From: Eledone cirrhosa
Lineage: Eukaryota
DNA length: 64,000 nt
Reading direction: 5' to 3'
Assembly (NCBI GenBank): GCA_964016885.1
Contig: OZ024741.1
Span: 188,356,001-188,420,000, forward strand
Shown here: piece by piece, positions 1-12,504 of the stretch
How positions within the stretch are numbered: the stretch's first letter is position 1
How the letters are laid out: each line of letters starts with the position of its first letter
Position numbers and translations under genes: made by a program
The notes under the pieces: generated by a model
Told to the model about the DNA's origin: nothing
What the model saw: only the letters and a program-made list of their open reading frames with translations
Databases searched by the model: none

Positions 1-602
1 GGGAAATGAGAAATAGTAATTGTCTAATATTGCTTGTTTCCTCAACACATGCTTATATACAGTTAGATTGTTTAGGTCCTGTGTATATAATATGTGAACA
101 CAATCTTAACTATCTGTCTATCTACCTATCTGTTTCCATCCATCTATCTATCTATCTATCTATCTCACCACACATTCCTAGTTAGCTTTCCAATGTTCCT
201 CACATTAAATATCTTAACACTTTGTCTCCCCCTCTCTCCTACTCTTTATCTATATCTCTATCTCATCACATAATTATTTCTAGTTAAGCTTTTTAATGCT
301 CTATGTATTAAATGTGTTAACACAAACTTTATTTTCCATGTAGATAGTATCTTTAACAAACAAAACACTAACTACATATGCACACACATATTCATACACA
401 CAGATGATCAGAGAGAGAGAGAGAGAGGGGGAGAGATGGGGGAGAGCAATAATAAATATACAGAAACTATCAGATAAAGAGATTAACTAATCAGTAGTAA
501 GATATCAGATAACTGAGAAAATATCTTCATCTCTCTGTCTCATCACAAAAAATAATTTGTGAAGTAGTAGAAGAAATATATATATATATATATATATATA
601 TA

Positions 603-1048
603 TCATCATCATCATCATCATCATCACCGTTTTACGTCCGTTCTTCCACGCTAGCATGGGTTAGACGGGTTGTCCTGTTGTGGGCAGTGTCTGGTCGGCT
701 GACCATGCCTTGCTCATACAGGAACTGATCTGGCTTGATTTCTACAGCTGGATGCCCTTCCTAACACCAACCTCATTTACAGTGAGTGCTGGGTGCTTTT
801 TCGTGGCGCCTACACGTCCACTTTACAGTGTGGGCTGGGTGCTTTTTTGCCGTGGCACCTCCACGACCACCTTGCGGTGGGGGGGGGGGGGGGGGGGCAT
901 ATTGTTTATATGCTTCAGCATGTACCCATGGGAGGTCGGGTACCCTGTATTACTGCGTGACGCCAGAAGTCACGGTCGTGTGTCATTGACTTTGAGAGGT
1001 GTAGTTGGGTAAGGTCGGCTTTTATCACCTCATCCCAAGTCATCTTGG
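603..1048 (-). mobile_element. RTE LINE family A, 3' fragment (ORF end, 3' UTR, (ATG)n tail)
   Basis: Near-identical to 51990-52430; minus strand reads PKMTWDEVIKADLTQLHLSK; (CAT)n tail at 603-626. Confidence 0.9.
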
Positions 1049-1409
<361 letters not shown>

Positions 1410-2880
1410 TAACATCATAAATCAGAAACCAAATTAGTTGATAACAGCACTGAAATTTTGTATAGAATTCCACAAAAATACTAGATTAGCTATAGAAGAT
1501 TTATTAATAGCAAAATACCAACCAAAACTCAACTCAGATATAGCATACATAAATCAAACTATGAAAGTCAGGATTTAAGCATTAAACAATATTTAATGTG
1601 GTGATGATGGTTTCATCAGTTATAACATCATTTCTAAGATCCCTTGCTGCCATCTACAAACACATCGACAATGCACCACTATCATCAATTCATTCAAAAT
1701 ACAAAGCCATGAAAAACTTGGAACATTAATGGACTTAAGAATGTTAATGTTCCAAACTAAACATAAAGGACTACAACAACAACACCAGAAACATTTTAAA
1801 ACCATTTTCCCTGCCTTTGCAGGCCCAATAACACATTATGAAGTAAACAAATGTATCTCAAATATCGAGTTTGAAACGCGAGTGTATTAGAATTCATATA
1901 ATAATTGGTAGAACTCAGTGCAAAGAAGCTGTTAAAACTGCAAAATGCTGTCAATGGCGGCATTGAGTAAAATTTACCTCAAAGGATAGAAATCAGTGGC
2001 TAGAAGTGTGTTGGCTCGTAGAAGCGATAGGACATAGGACAAAATGAGAAAGGGATAAAATAGATGAGAGGGGGATCTCACAAACATTAAATTTTCTCAT
2101 CAGCTTTTAGACAGCCTGTGGTTATAGCCAGATCTCTTTTAGTCACCTCCGACGACATGCAGAAATATACGTTGTAAGCAAAGAGCAAAAGGAAATATGA
2201 AAAATCTTCCATGAAACAGATGAAACTTAAATCCAGTGTGTCTTCATGAGAGTTTAGCCAGGAAAAAGTAGGTAGAAATTAACCCTTTTGATACCAATCC
2301 AGTCAAATCTGTCTCTGGTTCCATGAGACAAAACCATCCACTTTAAAGAGTTCCTATTTAAATTATAACATTCCAACATAATTGGGTATAAGAACTTTTT
2401 TTATGTTCTATTACAAATATCATTTTAATAATGAAATTATTAATAATTTTAGTAAATTTCTCACTAATTGATTATAATATAATGTATTTCATTATAAATA
2501 TGACACCAAAGGGATTAAGAAACATTTTAGATTAAAACATTCATCAAACTTACACAAAGGAAAATGCTTTTTTGTTTTCACAAATATATTTAACCAATAA
2601 TAGCCAGCAATATTACTTCTTTTTTGAAATGTAGATACAATCTGGTTATAGGGTACATTTGGTATCAGTATTGAGTGAGTCCTTCCTGCAGATAGTATCA
2701 TAAATAGTTTGGGCCACAGTGTACCACAGTAGTACCTTACTTAGTACATTGCATACATTTTGGGGCAGCTGATGATCTTAGTGATATCTTTCACTCTGGT
2801 ATATAGCACAATCAACATTTTTTTTTTATCACAGCCTGTATTACATATGAATGTGTGTAGGTATGTGTGTATATATATAT

Positions 2881-3212
2881 CATCATCATTTCATCATTTC
2901 ATTTTACGTCCGCTTTTCCCTGCTTGCAAGGGTGGGATGAGAACTGATTCTGGCTTGATTTCTACAGCTGGATGCCCTTCCTAACACCTACCTCATTTAC
3001 AGTGAGTGCTGGGTGCTTTTTTGCCGTGGCACCTCCAGTGAAAATGATAGGGACCCCAATCCCTATCATCTCATTTCTACAGCTGAGTAAACTGGAGCAA
3101 TGTGAAATAAAGTGTCTTGCTCAAGGAAACAACACATCACCCGGTCTGAGAATTGAACTCACAACCTTTTGATTGCAAGGCCAATGCTCTAACCACTAAG
3201 CCATGTGCCTCC
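2881..3212 (-). mobile_element. tRNA-derived SINE family A
   Basis: Minus strand starts GGAGGCACATGGCTTAGTGG (A box), GAGTTCAATTC (B-box-like), central CCTTGAGCAAGACACTTT, RTE-derived tail with (ATG)n; several copies in window. Confidence 0.9.
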
Positions 3213-3290
3213 ATATATATATAGATATAGATATATACACACATACCTACACACATTCATATGTAATACATGTGATATAAAAAAAAAGAA

Positions 3291-3356
<66 letters not shown>

Positions 3357-3395
3357 GTATATATATATACATATATATATACATATATATATATG

Positions 3396-3775
3396 ATGAC
3401 TGCCCCCTCGTTATCGTGTATGGCCATTGAACGATATACCATTATTAATAATTATTAATTAATTCTATCATGAAATGCCTGTGCGTGAAGATATTTTTTA
3501 AAGTGAGGAAAGACTGTGCACTGAGCCAATCCCACTCTCTGAGCGACAGTAGCTATAACCCGAAAAGAAGAAAAAATCAACATCATCAGTAACTACTGAG
3601 CCACAGGTTTTATATCGGAGTTATCCCAGTTTCCTGAGTTGCCTTCTCCTAGAAGAATGCCCTGACAAAGGCTAGGGGTCCTTCACTCCCAGTGGTTTAA
3701 CCGCGTGGTACATGTGTATATACATATTTACACACTTTTGGATGGCCGTTAACTCTTATGAGTTCTTCCGCCCAT
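3396..3775 (-). mobile_element. Degenerate RTE-related non-coding leader fragment
   Basis: Shares blocks with 56875-57475 (CCCACTCTCT, CCTTCTCCTAG, TTTTGGATGGCC). Confidence 0.5.
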
Positions 3776-3925
3776 ACATACATACATATATATATATACA
3801 TACATATATAAATACATACATATACATATATACATATATATATATATACATAGATATATTTACATATATACATATGTGTATATATATATATATATATACA
3901 CACATAGATATATTTACATATATAC

Positions 3926-3970
<45 letters not shown>

Positions 3971-4539
3971 TATATACATACATATACACACATATATATA
4001 TATACACATATGCATATATCATCATCATCGTTTGAGGATATATATAAATATATACACACAAACACACACACGCATGCATCTATTTATCTATCTACCTTTC
4101 ATCCCTGCAAATCTCAGCACACATATTCAAACTGAATATAAACATCGATCTCCCCAGTCAAGGTGGGTCTACAAATGTTATGTATGGATATGCACATCTT
4201 CCACTTCTGACTCACCAATCATCAACCATAATAATACATCACATGTGCATATGTGTGTGTGTATATCCATAAATATGGGCTCTTTGTGTCATATCTTATG
4301 CAAATATGTTTTATCTAGAACAGTCTAATACTGGGGTCGAATTTTCCTTTCTCTGGAAGAAATCTGCTGTACTCAGAACTGGAGAGGGATGGGCTCTGCC
4401 AGGATTAAAATGCCCAACAAAAGCCTTATGTTAATAAGGCACCCCTATGTTACTACACCCTCTTTGTTGTTATATATATATATCAGCCTGTAACACTTTA
4501 AAATTTACACAAACAATTATACACACATGCATACAATAC

Positions 4540-5210
4540 ATTTCTTATCTCAGTCATGTTGTTATAAGAAGTTTGTTTTACAATCACAATGTCTTGGGTT
4601 CTAACCTAACATTTATCTCTGTAAATATCTATTTCTCCAAAGTTACTCATACATTTAATCCTGTAAGTCATTTGTACATACATATATGCTGAACATTTAT
4701 GTAATTATATCCTAGAAATAAATCAACAATCTTGAGTGAGTAGATCTTGTGTATCAGGAACTACATTGTGCAATATATAACTCTTTATTTAAGTAAATTA
4801 AGACCAGTGCAATCAATAATGATTGGCAATAGCATTGAATGTATTTAATTTTTGGAATCCAGAGCAGGTATGCCGTATATACCAAGATTATGGGATATAT
4901 GAATAATTATGCAAATTGAGAAATTTATGTTTGAATAAATTGTTTGCATAAGAGAAACCCTATAGTTTATGTTGATTACTGATATGTGGAAGTGATTAAA
5001 TACAAGAATGACATTTGATTAATTTATTTCTAGGACACAATTACATAAATGTTCAGTATATATGTACAAATGACATGCAGAATTTAATGTTTGAGTAACT
5101 TTGGAGAACTTACTATTTACAGGGAGAAATGTAGGGTTAGAAAACAGGAGCTTGTCATTGAAAGGCAAACTTCTTATTGTAGCAACATGGCTGAGATAAG
5201 AAATAAATGC
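4540..5210. repeat. Local inverted duplication, arms about 4540-4730 and 5017-5210
   Basis: Reverse complement of the right arm aligns with the left arm (TTTCTTATCTCAG...TTCTCCAAAGTTACTCA...CTGAACATTTATGTAATT...CCTAGAAATAAAT). Confidence 0.85.
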
Positions 5211-5221
5211 ATTGTGAACTA

Positions 5222-5296
5222 TTACAGCAGGCCTTGACTTCTATACATCCATAAATATGGGCTCTTTGTGTCATATCTTATGCCAATACGTTTTAT
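5222..5296 (-). CDS. Candidate terminal coding exon of an unidentified host gene
   Basis: Acceptor TTTTTGTTCTAG; phase 1 gives DKTYWHKI* (stop ends 5271), phase 0 gives [24 protein letters not shown]; no homology recognised. Confidence 0.3.
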   Translation of the reverse strand: MKRIGIRYDTKSPYLWMYRSQGLL

Positions 5297-5944
5297 CTAG
5301 AACAAAAACTTGTGGTTTATTTGCAGATCAAAGACACACACACACAATACTGCCATACCCTCTCTAAAGTATCTTATACATACACTTATGTGACACATCT
5401 CAAAAGTATTATTACATACACACACACAATACTGAACACATTCTCTAAAGTACTATTTCAACAACGAGTGTTCCAGTTGTTCAATCGACTGAACAGCCTG
5501 TTCATGAAATTAACAAGTAAATGACTGAGCATTCCACAAACATATGTGCCTATAACATAATTCTTTGGGAGATTAAGCATGACACTGTACAGTCTATGCA
5601 ATGTGCTCCCAAATGATTTCCGTCTACACAATTTCATTCACAAGGCATGTGTTGACTCAAGGCTAAATTAAATGACACTTGCCCAAGATGCTATGCAGTG
5701 GGATCGAACTTTGGACCTAATGATTGTGAAGCATATCTCTTAACCATTCATCCATCCTGCAGTCACTCAACTACACATGCTTGGTCTTCAAGAGACTAAG
5801 TGTGTGTGTTTGTGTGTGTGTGTATATATATATCCACGTGTGTTTAGTTATTTCATTTCTACTCGCTGTCGCTTGCCTGCTTTTAATTCCCCTCCGGCAT
5901 TTTAGCAGTGGTGATTTGGCACTACTGAAGATCGATTCTGTTGA

Positions 5945-6024
5945 GCACTACTGATGATCGACTCCAACCGTGACTAACCCCACTGAAAAGTTTCGTGAAA
6001 TAGTCTTTTAAGACTATATAGTGC
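5945..6024 (+). ncRNA. Type I hammerhead ribozyme with intact core, in a Penelope-like terminal remnant (about 5833-6280)
   Basis: Stem I GCACTA/TAGTGC, CTGATGA 5951-5957, stem II CGA..TCG, GAAA 5997-6000, stem III ATAGTCT/AGACTAT, AUA triplet, predicted cut after 6018. Confidence 0.8.
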
Positions 6025-6464
6025 ATTTGTAGTTTTCCCCAAATTGACGGTTAAGTATTTCTTCTTGATTTTATTTTGAATTAAGATTGTACTGCTTTTT
6101 CCCCAACTTACACAAAGTCTGAGGATAAAGTTTATCTTCTTGATTTGTTTTAAATTAAGATTGTATTACTTTTCCCTCATCTTACATTAACAAAATTTTT
6201 CATCTTGATGTTATAGTCACTTATATGTCTGAATTATTGTTGGCATTTTGCTTACATTAATTTCTCTATTTTCATTTATAAATATATATATATATATATA
6301 ATATATATATATATTTTTTACCTACTCATATCATTGTTTTAGGATCGTTTCAGAGGGTTGATCATATTGACATATTGTCTGATATATAGCAGTTATACAA
6401 CTGTATACTATCAGACTATCTTCTTTGGAAACAATATATATATATATACACACATATGTAGATA

Positions 6465-6497
<33 letters not shown>

Positions 6498-6689
6498 GTG
6501 TCTGATGGTAGCTAAGATGCTTCCATAGGTGAAATCATTAGACGTGTCCGTCGAACCTGCGGTTCCAGAATCAGACAGATCCACAGAATGATCGCGTCTC
6601 GAGCTGTCCGCCAGGGAAACAATTGTAACACACAATAAATTGAGTTCAGATGCATGACTGATGTTTCGTTTTCTATTCTATATATATAT

Positions 6690-6935
6690 GTGTGTGTGTA
6701 TTCATTACCAAGACTACCTAATATTTTCTCTTGTTTACTCTCATTATTTTCGTTTTTTTTTACTACTGACTACCCTTTATTTTCTGTATCTATCCTTTGT
6801 AATCCTGTCTCTACTTTATGTACTCCTGAAGAAGGGCTAAAGCCGGACACATCAAACTTTCTTTCCCCTTTTCCATGTAAGGCATGAAACTAATAAGACT
6901 TTTTGTATCTCTGTTCTGTTGTTTCCTTGAACTAT
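6690..6935 (+). mobile_element. Penelope-like terminal-repeat remnant with decayed minimal hammerhead
   Basis: CTGAAGA-AGGGCTAAAGCC-GGAC at about 6826-6849 (GAAAC decayed), pyrimidine-rich flanks, bounded by TA/TG repeats. Confidence 0.5.
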
Positions 6936-6944
6936 ATATATATT

Positions 6945-6976
<32 letters not shown>

Positions 6977-7039
6977 CACATATATATATGTGTATGTATA
7001 TATATATATAAAATATTACTAATACTAAAATATTACTAA

Positions 7040-7220
7040 TACTAATTGTTTCTACTTTAGGCACAAGGCCAGCAATTACTGGTACTTTATTTTATCGACC
7101 CCGTAAGGATGAAAGGCAAAGTCAACCTCGGCGGGATTTGAACTCAGATCGTAAAGGGACGTAACTATGCTGGAAAGCATGGCGTCCGACCCTCTACCGA
7201 TACTGCCAATCCACCGCCTA
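7040..7220 (-). mobile_element. tRNA-derived SINE family B
   Basis: B box GAGTTCAAATCC; core GCCTTTCATCCTTACGGGGTCGATAAAATAAAGTACC resembling the Meta-SINE domain; about ten copies in window. Confidence 0.85.
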
Positions 7221-7574
7221 ATAATAATGATTTCTGATTTAGTGGTTTTGTCTTTGCGTGTAATTGTTCTCACTGCACCAAATAATGACGTATTATCTTC
7301 GATTTTTCCGTTCTTTGCCAGGGAACGTCTCCACGAACCAAAGTATTATCTTCCTGTCTTCCTTCAATATATTTACTTCTGTGTTCACAGATTGATTTTT
7401 TTTAGTTTCAGAAGATCCCGTTAAGGGTGAAAGCAACGATTCTTTGCTTAAACTTTAATCTGTTATTTTAATAAATATTTGCTCTGCGGTTCTTATATAT
7501 TTGATATATATTTATCCTTATCAAGCCCTCTTTGGATTTTAGTCTTCAATTTATTATTATTACTATATATATAT

Positions 7575-7914
7575 GGAGGCACATGGCTTAGTGGTTAGAG
7601 CATTGGCCTTGCAATCAAAAGGTTGTGAGTTCAATTCTCAGACCGGGTGATGTGTTGTTTCCTTGAGCAAGACACTTTATTTCACATTGCTCCAGTTTAC
7701 TCAGCTGTAGAAATGAGATGATAGGGACAGGGGTCCATATCATTCCACTGCAAAGTGGTCGTGGAGGTGCCACGGCAAAAAAGCACCCAGCACTCACTGT
7801 AAATGAGGTTGGTGTTAGGAAGGGCATCCAGCTGTAGAAATCAAGCCAGAATCAGTTCCCGTCCCACCCTTGCAAGCAGGGAAAAAGCGGACGTAAAATG
7901 AAATGATGATGATG
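7575..7914 (+). mobile_element. SINE family A, full length
   Basis: Same head, body and tail as 2881-3212. Confidence 0.92.
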
Positions 7915-7930
7915 ATATATATATATATAT

Positions 7931-8321
7931 CATCATCATCATCCCCATTTTACGTCCGTTCTTCTATGCTAGCATGGGTTAGACGGGTTGTCCTGTTGTG
8001 GGCAGTGCCCGGTCGGATGACCTTGTCTTGCTCATACTCCCGTATTCTGGCTTGATTTCTACAGCTGGATGCCCTTCCTAACACCAACCTCATTTACAGT
8101 GAGTGCTGGGTGCTTTTTTGCCATGGCACCTCCACGACCACTTTGCAGTGGAATGATAGGGACCCCAGTCCCTATCATCTCATTTCTACAGCTGAGTAAA
8201 CTGGAGCAATGTGAAATAAAGTGTCTTGTTCAAGGAAACAACACATCACCCGGTCCGAGAATTGAACTCACAACCTTTCGATTGCAAGCCCAATGCTCTA
8301 ACCACTAAGCCATGTGCCTTC
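7931..8321 (-). mobile_element. SINE family A with the long RTE-A tail
   Basis: Head and body as other copies; 7931-8040 matches the RTE-A 3' terminus at 603-720. Confidence 0.9.
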
Positions 8322-8399
8322 ACATATATACATATATCATCTAACCCATGTTAATGTGGAAAAATTGACCTTAAATTGTGATGAGGATGATGATGATAG

Positions 8400-8640
8400 T
8401 CATATTTATATACATGCAAAAAATCAACGGGAAAAAGAACACAGGAGAACAATACTGTGTATGATGATATGTATTCAATAAACACGTGATATAGTAGGAA
8501 AAGAGTATTAACTTCTCGGACTTTAGTCCTTCATCAGAAGACAGAATGAGAAATAGAAGAAATAGAAAGATTGACAAGATTAAGGGAAGTAACGTAAAAA
8601 AAAAATTAAATTTTCTTTTTCACTGGAGGAGACCACATGT
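8400..8640 (-). mobile_element. Penelope-like terminal remnant with decayed minimal hammerhead
   Basis: Minus strand CTGATGA-AGGAC-TAAA-GTCC-GAGA at about 8514-8537. Confidence 0.5.
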
Positions 8641-10892
8641 GTATTTAACTACCCATTCTGAAATATGTGTATGTGTGTGTGTATGTGTATGTGTGTATGT
8701 ATGTGTATGTGTGTATGTATGTGTGTGTGTGTGTGCATGTATGTATATATGTGTGTGCACATCTGATAAGAAATTTGTTTATTGTTGTAAATGTAAAGAT
8801 GATGTAGTAGTAGTATTAGTGGTGGTAGTAGTAGTAATAAATGTGGGGGGATAGCAGCCCATAGTAGAGGTGGTGGTGGTGGTTATAGTAGTGATGGTGG
8901 CAGTAATATTAATGCAGCAGTTGTAAAATTAGCATTAGTAGTAATAGTAGTAGTAGTAGTAGTAACAAAGCAGCTATAAACAAATGAGTATGTGTGTGTT
9001 CATGCGAATGTTTGTGCCTATATGTATGTGTGTGCATATGTGTGTATATGTCCACATGTGTGTGTGTACATATATGTGTATATGTATGTGTATGTGTGCA
9101 TATGTGTGTAGATGAGTTTGTGCGCCAGATAGCAGCACAGCCATTAATAAACACAGACTTTAAACAAGTCAGAATGAACAGCAAGAAGACTCTGGCTGAT
9201 TAGCCATCAGCTGCAGGCCAAATCTTAATGACAAGTGGCAGAGAGATAGAATTTTTATGCAGCTGCTGCTTCCAAATCTACAAATCTTTAAAGCAGCGCA
9301 AATTACTACAGACTTGCTTGGTTGGTGGTAGTGTGGTCGACAAGACACAGACAAATTGGCTGAAGCATTGAGTAAGAAAAAGAGAAACGAAATTGATGAG
9401 CACATGCTGATCAACACATTAACCAATGAAGCATTGTTACTGATGAGATAATTACAAAAATATACCTTCAAAGCTAAATTAAACAACTTGATGTGTCACT
9501 TTTTGTTTTTTTATCACAGTATGATTGTGCTTTAAAACATTTTAATTGAAAAAAAATAATCATTTGTATTTTCTAAATTATTTTTGTTTTTCTTAATGTT
9601 TCAGGGTGTCTGTGGCTGGCTTGGAACAGAGTGAACTCCATTAAAGCATCCAAGGACCAGATGATGCTGTTAAACTAAGCAACAAAGTAAGTCTACCTCC
9701 AATGTAGACCACAGCAAGTTTTTGAACTCTGACAACATACATAGAACTGGAAGAAATATTGTCAGACATCTCATTCAATGCTCTAACAATACTTCCCTGA
9801 ACTGGAACTTTTTTTTTTTTTTATTCCAGAAAAGATGAAAGGCAAAGTTGACCTTGGCAAAATTTGAACTCAGGAGTGCAGATAACCTGAACAAACAAAT
9901 ACTGCAAGGCATTTTCACCTAATTTTCATAATACAGTGATTAAGTTTTATTAGCAAAGGAAAGGAAAGTAAAAGACAGGCCCTTAATTGCTGATGGAATT
10001 GTAGAGGCACTACCCTGACACACAGCATGTCTTGTGCATTTTGTTAAAAACCTGACAGAACCCATCCCTTTTCAGGTCTGAATGCAGCCAATTTCTTCCA
10101 GAGAAGGAGAGAGAATGAGAAAAAAGGATAAAGAGAGATAGAGGATGAAAGACAAAGTTGACTTTGGCAAGACTTGAACTCAGAGTGCAGTAAGAACAAA
10201 TACTAAGGTATTTTATCTGAACAAAATTAAGGAAATTAATAAATAATCAATTAAATACCATGTCACCAGTGGAGTGTTTAATTGTAAACGGTGTCAGATC
10301 TCAAAGATACTTCACAGCCAAATATTTGAAGAAATTGATTAGATTTGACTTAATTTCACGACACACCAAGAGATTATTGGTAACATATTTTCAAAACCTC
10401 TGACCTAGCAGATCAAGCTATCCCATGGTGTGTTCAGCACTAGGTAAGCTCTGTGTTCAAATGTGTTCCAGCTGTGACCATCCTGTCTCTTTTTACAGAT
10501 ATATATGTTTAGAACTACATAATCCAGTCTATCCTCCCTTGTTGTTTAACTCCAGGTGAGCCCTGATGAAGCAGATTTATGGTTAAAGGTGTTCCAGCAG
10601 AAACCACCCCATCTTTTATTCTTACATAGTGTATATCCGACAGGTCAAACAACTAAATATTGTTATTTACTATAGGTCGTCCCTGATCAAGTAGATCTAT
10701 GATCACATGCACACACATGGTTTCACTACATATTTGATTCTAGTTAGCTATTTAATGCTACATTGTGTTTTGCCCTAACCATGAAACACCTTTTGTTTAA
10801 ATAGCCCCAAATCCCCACTAACATATTCTAACTCCTTCATAATTCTATATTTTTTATATCTACTAAGCATGATTTTACAGTTCATAGCATAC

Positions 10893-10944
10893 CTGCATCT
10901 ACCCACAACATATACTTTAACCTTTTGACCAATGCCTTAAATAC
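10893..10944 (-). CDS. Candidate internal exon (52 nt) of the host gene
   Basis: Acceptor TTTCTTTTTGCATTATTACCTAG, donor CAG/GTATGC; phase 0 open VFKALVKRLKYMLWVDA, ends phase 1, compatible with DKTYWHKI* at 5296. Confidence 0.35.
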
Positions 10945-12096
10945 CTAGGTAATAATGCAAAAAGAAACTTCCAAAAAATCTTCAGGTGAGGAAAAAATTA
11001 TTTATTGCTGAACAAATCTGATGCCTCAATAAAATGCACACAATATACTCTATAAAGTGGTTGGTGGAAGAGCAGAGAACATGTAGGATTAAGAGGACAC
11101 CTTAGTCTAGCTGAGAACACCTTCGTCCAGCTGTGAACATACCTCTCTTAGGCTGGTGCCACAATAAAATGAACCCAGTACTCTCTGTAAAGTGGTTGGT
11201 TTTTACAAAGGGCATCCAGCTGTAGAAACCATGTCAAAAATGGAATGTAGAGTAAGACATGGTTCTTCAACATGCCTAGAAACACAATAACTTTGAATAA
11301 AAATTACTCGGATCATAAAAAAAAACCCATAATGACCCTGTAAAACTACAATAGAAATACTGACACTATATCTGGGTTTGACAGCTACTATTACTTACAC
11401 CAACATCCTAGACTACATCCAAAAGATTACAATTCCTCTTCTTCAGAGCCAGAAAATACTTCAGTCCTAAACAGCTAATGACCCTAGTGTGACTGACAAT
11501 TGAATATTGCTCCCACATCTAAGACAATGAAATACGTTCTGGCCATAACTATTACAATCAATCTTTATTTAGACACAATGTACTTAGGACTGCAATATCC
11601 TTTTTTTTAAAGATAGCCTATGTCAATTGCTACCACTTTACAGAGTGTACTAGGAATGTTTTATTGTGGCCACACACACACACATATTAACCACTGTGCA
11701 CTATTTCCTTAATGTGTAAAAGATTTGAGTTTTTACTGCTATTCCTAACAGATCAAGTAAACATGAAGAGGTTATCCCAATGTCTAGACTCTAGAGAGTC
11801 ATTGTGATGTGCCCTTGAGTAAGGTAACATAACTCTACTTGCTTCAGAGAGCATATCTAACAATAGGGTCCACGCCTAGATTAAAGCTGGAAAAACAACT
11901 ACTCAAACAAAAGCATTCCACCCAATATTACCAAAAGGAAATAACTGGAAAACAGTACAAAACAAAGGAAATATAATACTGGTTGCCAAAAGGCACACCC
12001 AGATTATTAACAACCACCCTTGCAAGCAGGGAAAAGCGGACGTAAAATGATGACGATGATGAATACTTCACTATTGATACTGTTTAGAGTTATATT

Positions 12097-12471
12097 AAGA
12101 AACTCACTCAGATGGTAGATCGGTGCTACACGAGAATGCTGAGGATGGCTCTGAACATTAATCAGTATACACCGAGGATGAAAAACTCAGAGCTGTATGG
12201 GAGCCTCCCAAAAGTCAGCTCAAAAGTGACACAGTGGAGATTGAGGTTAGCTGGACATGCTCACCGACATCCAGAGTTGACATTGCACTCAGTGCTCCTG
12301 TGGGAGCCCCTACATGGACACACTGGAAGAGGAAGACCAAGGTTAACATATGTTGATGCCCTAAGGACAGACACCGGTCTGTTGGAGATGCAGGACATGG
12401 CAGCGATAATGAGGGACAGAGACCGCTGGAGAGAACTCGTCCATGGATCTCGGGAATTTGACCCGCCCTAG
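12097..12471 (+). mobile_element. RTE LINE family C, 3' fragment
   Basis: YTRMLRMALNI, RLRLAGHAHRH, GRGRPRLTY are typical RTE C-terminal motifs; near-identical to 45528-45904. Confidence 0.9.
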
Positions 12472-12504
12472 ATATATGTATGTGCATAAATATATATATA
12501 TATC

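Noticed and set aside
1716-1756. 12-bp hairpin TTGGAACATTAA/TTAATGTTCCAA as a miRNA
   Set aside because: Stem too short, no other support
6497-6635. Hammerhead using CTGATGG and GAAA-CAATTG-TA
   Set aside because: CTGATGG more likely pairs within a long stem II; only the 3' half is credible
7575-7650. tRNA gene
   Set aside because: A/B boxes are the head of a multicopy SINE; no complete cloverleaf
9170-9686. hAT-like remnant and plus-strand exon 9605-9686 with strong splice sites
   Set aside because: Stops in all three frames, similarity too weak; could still be a non-coding exon
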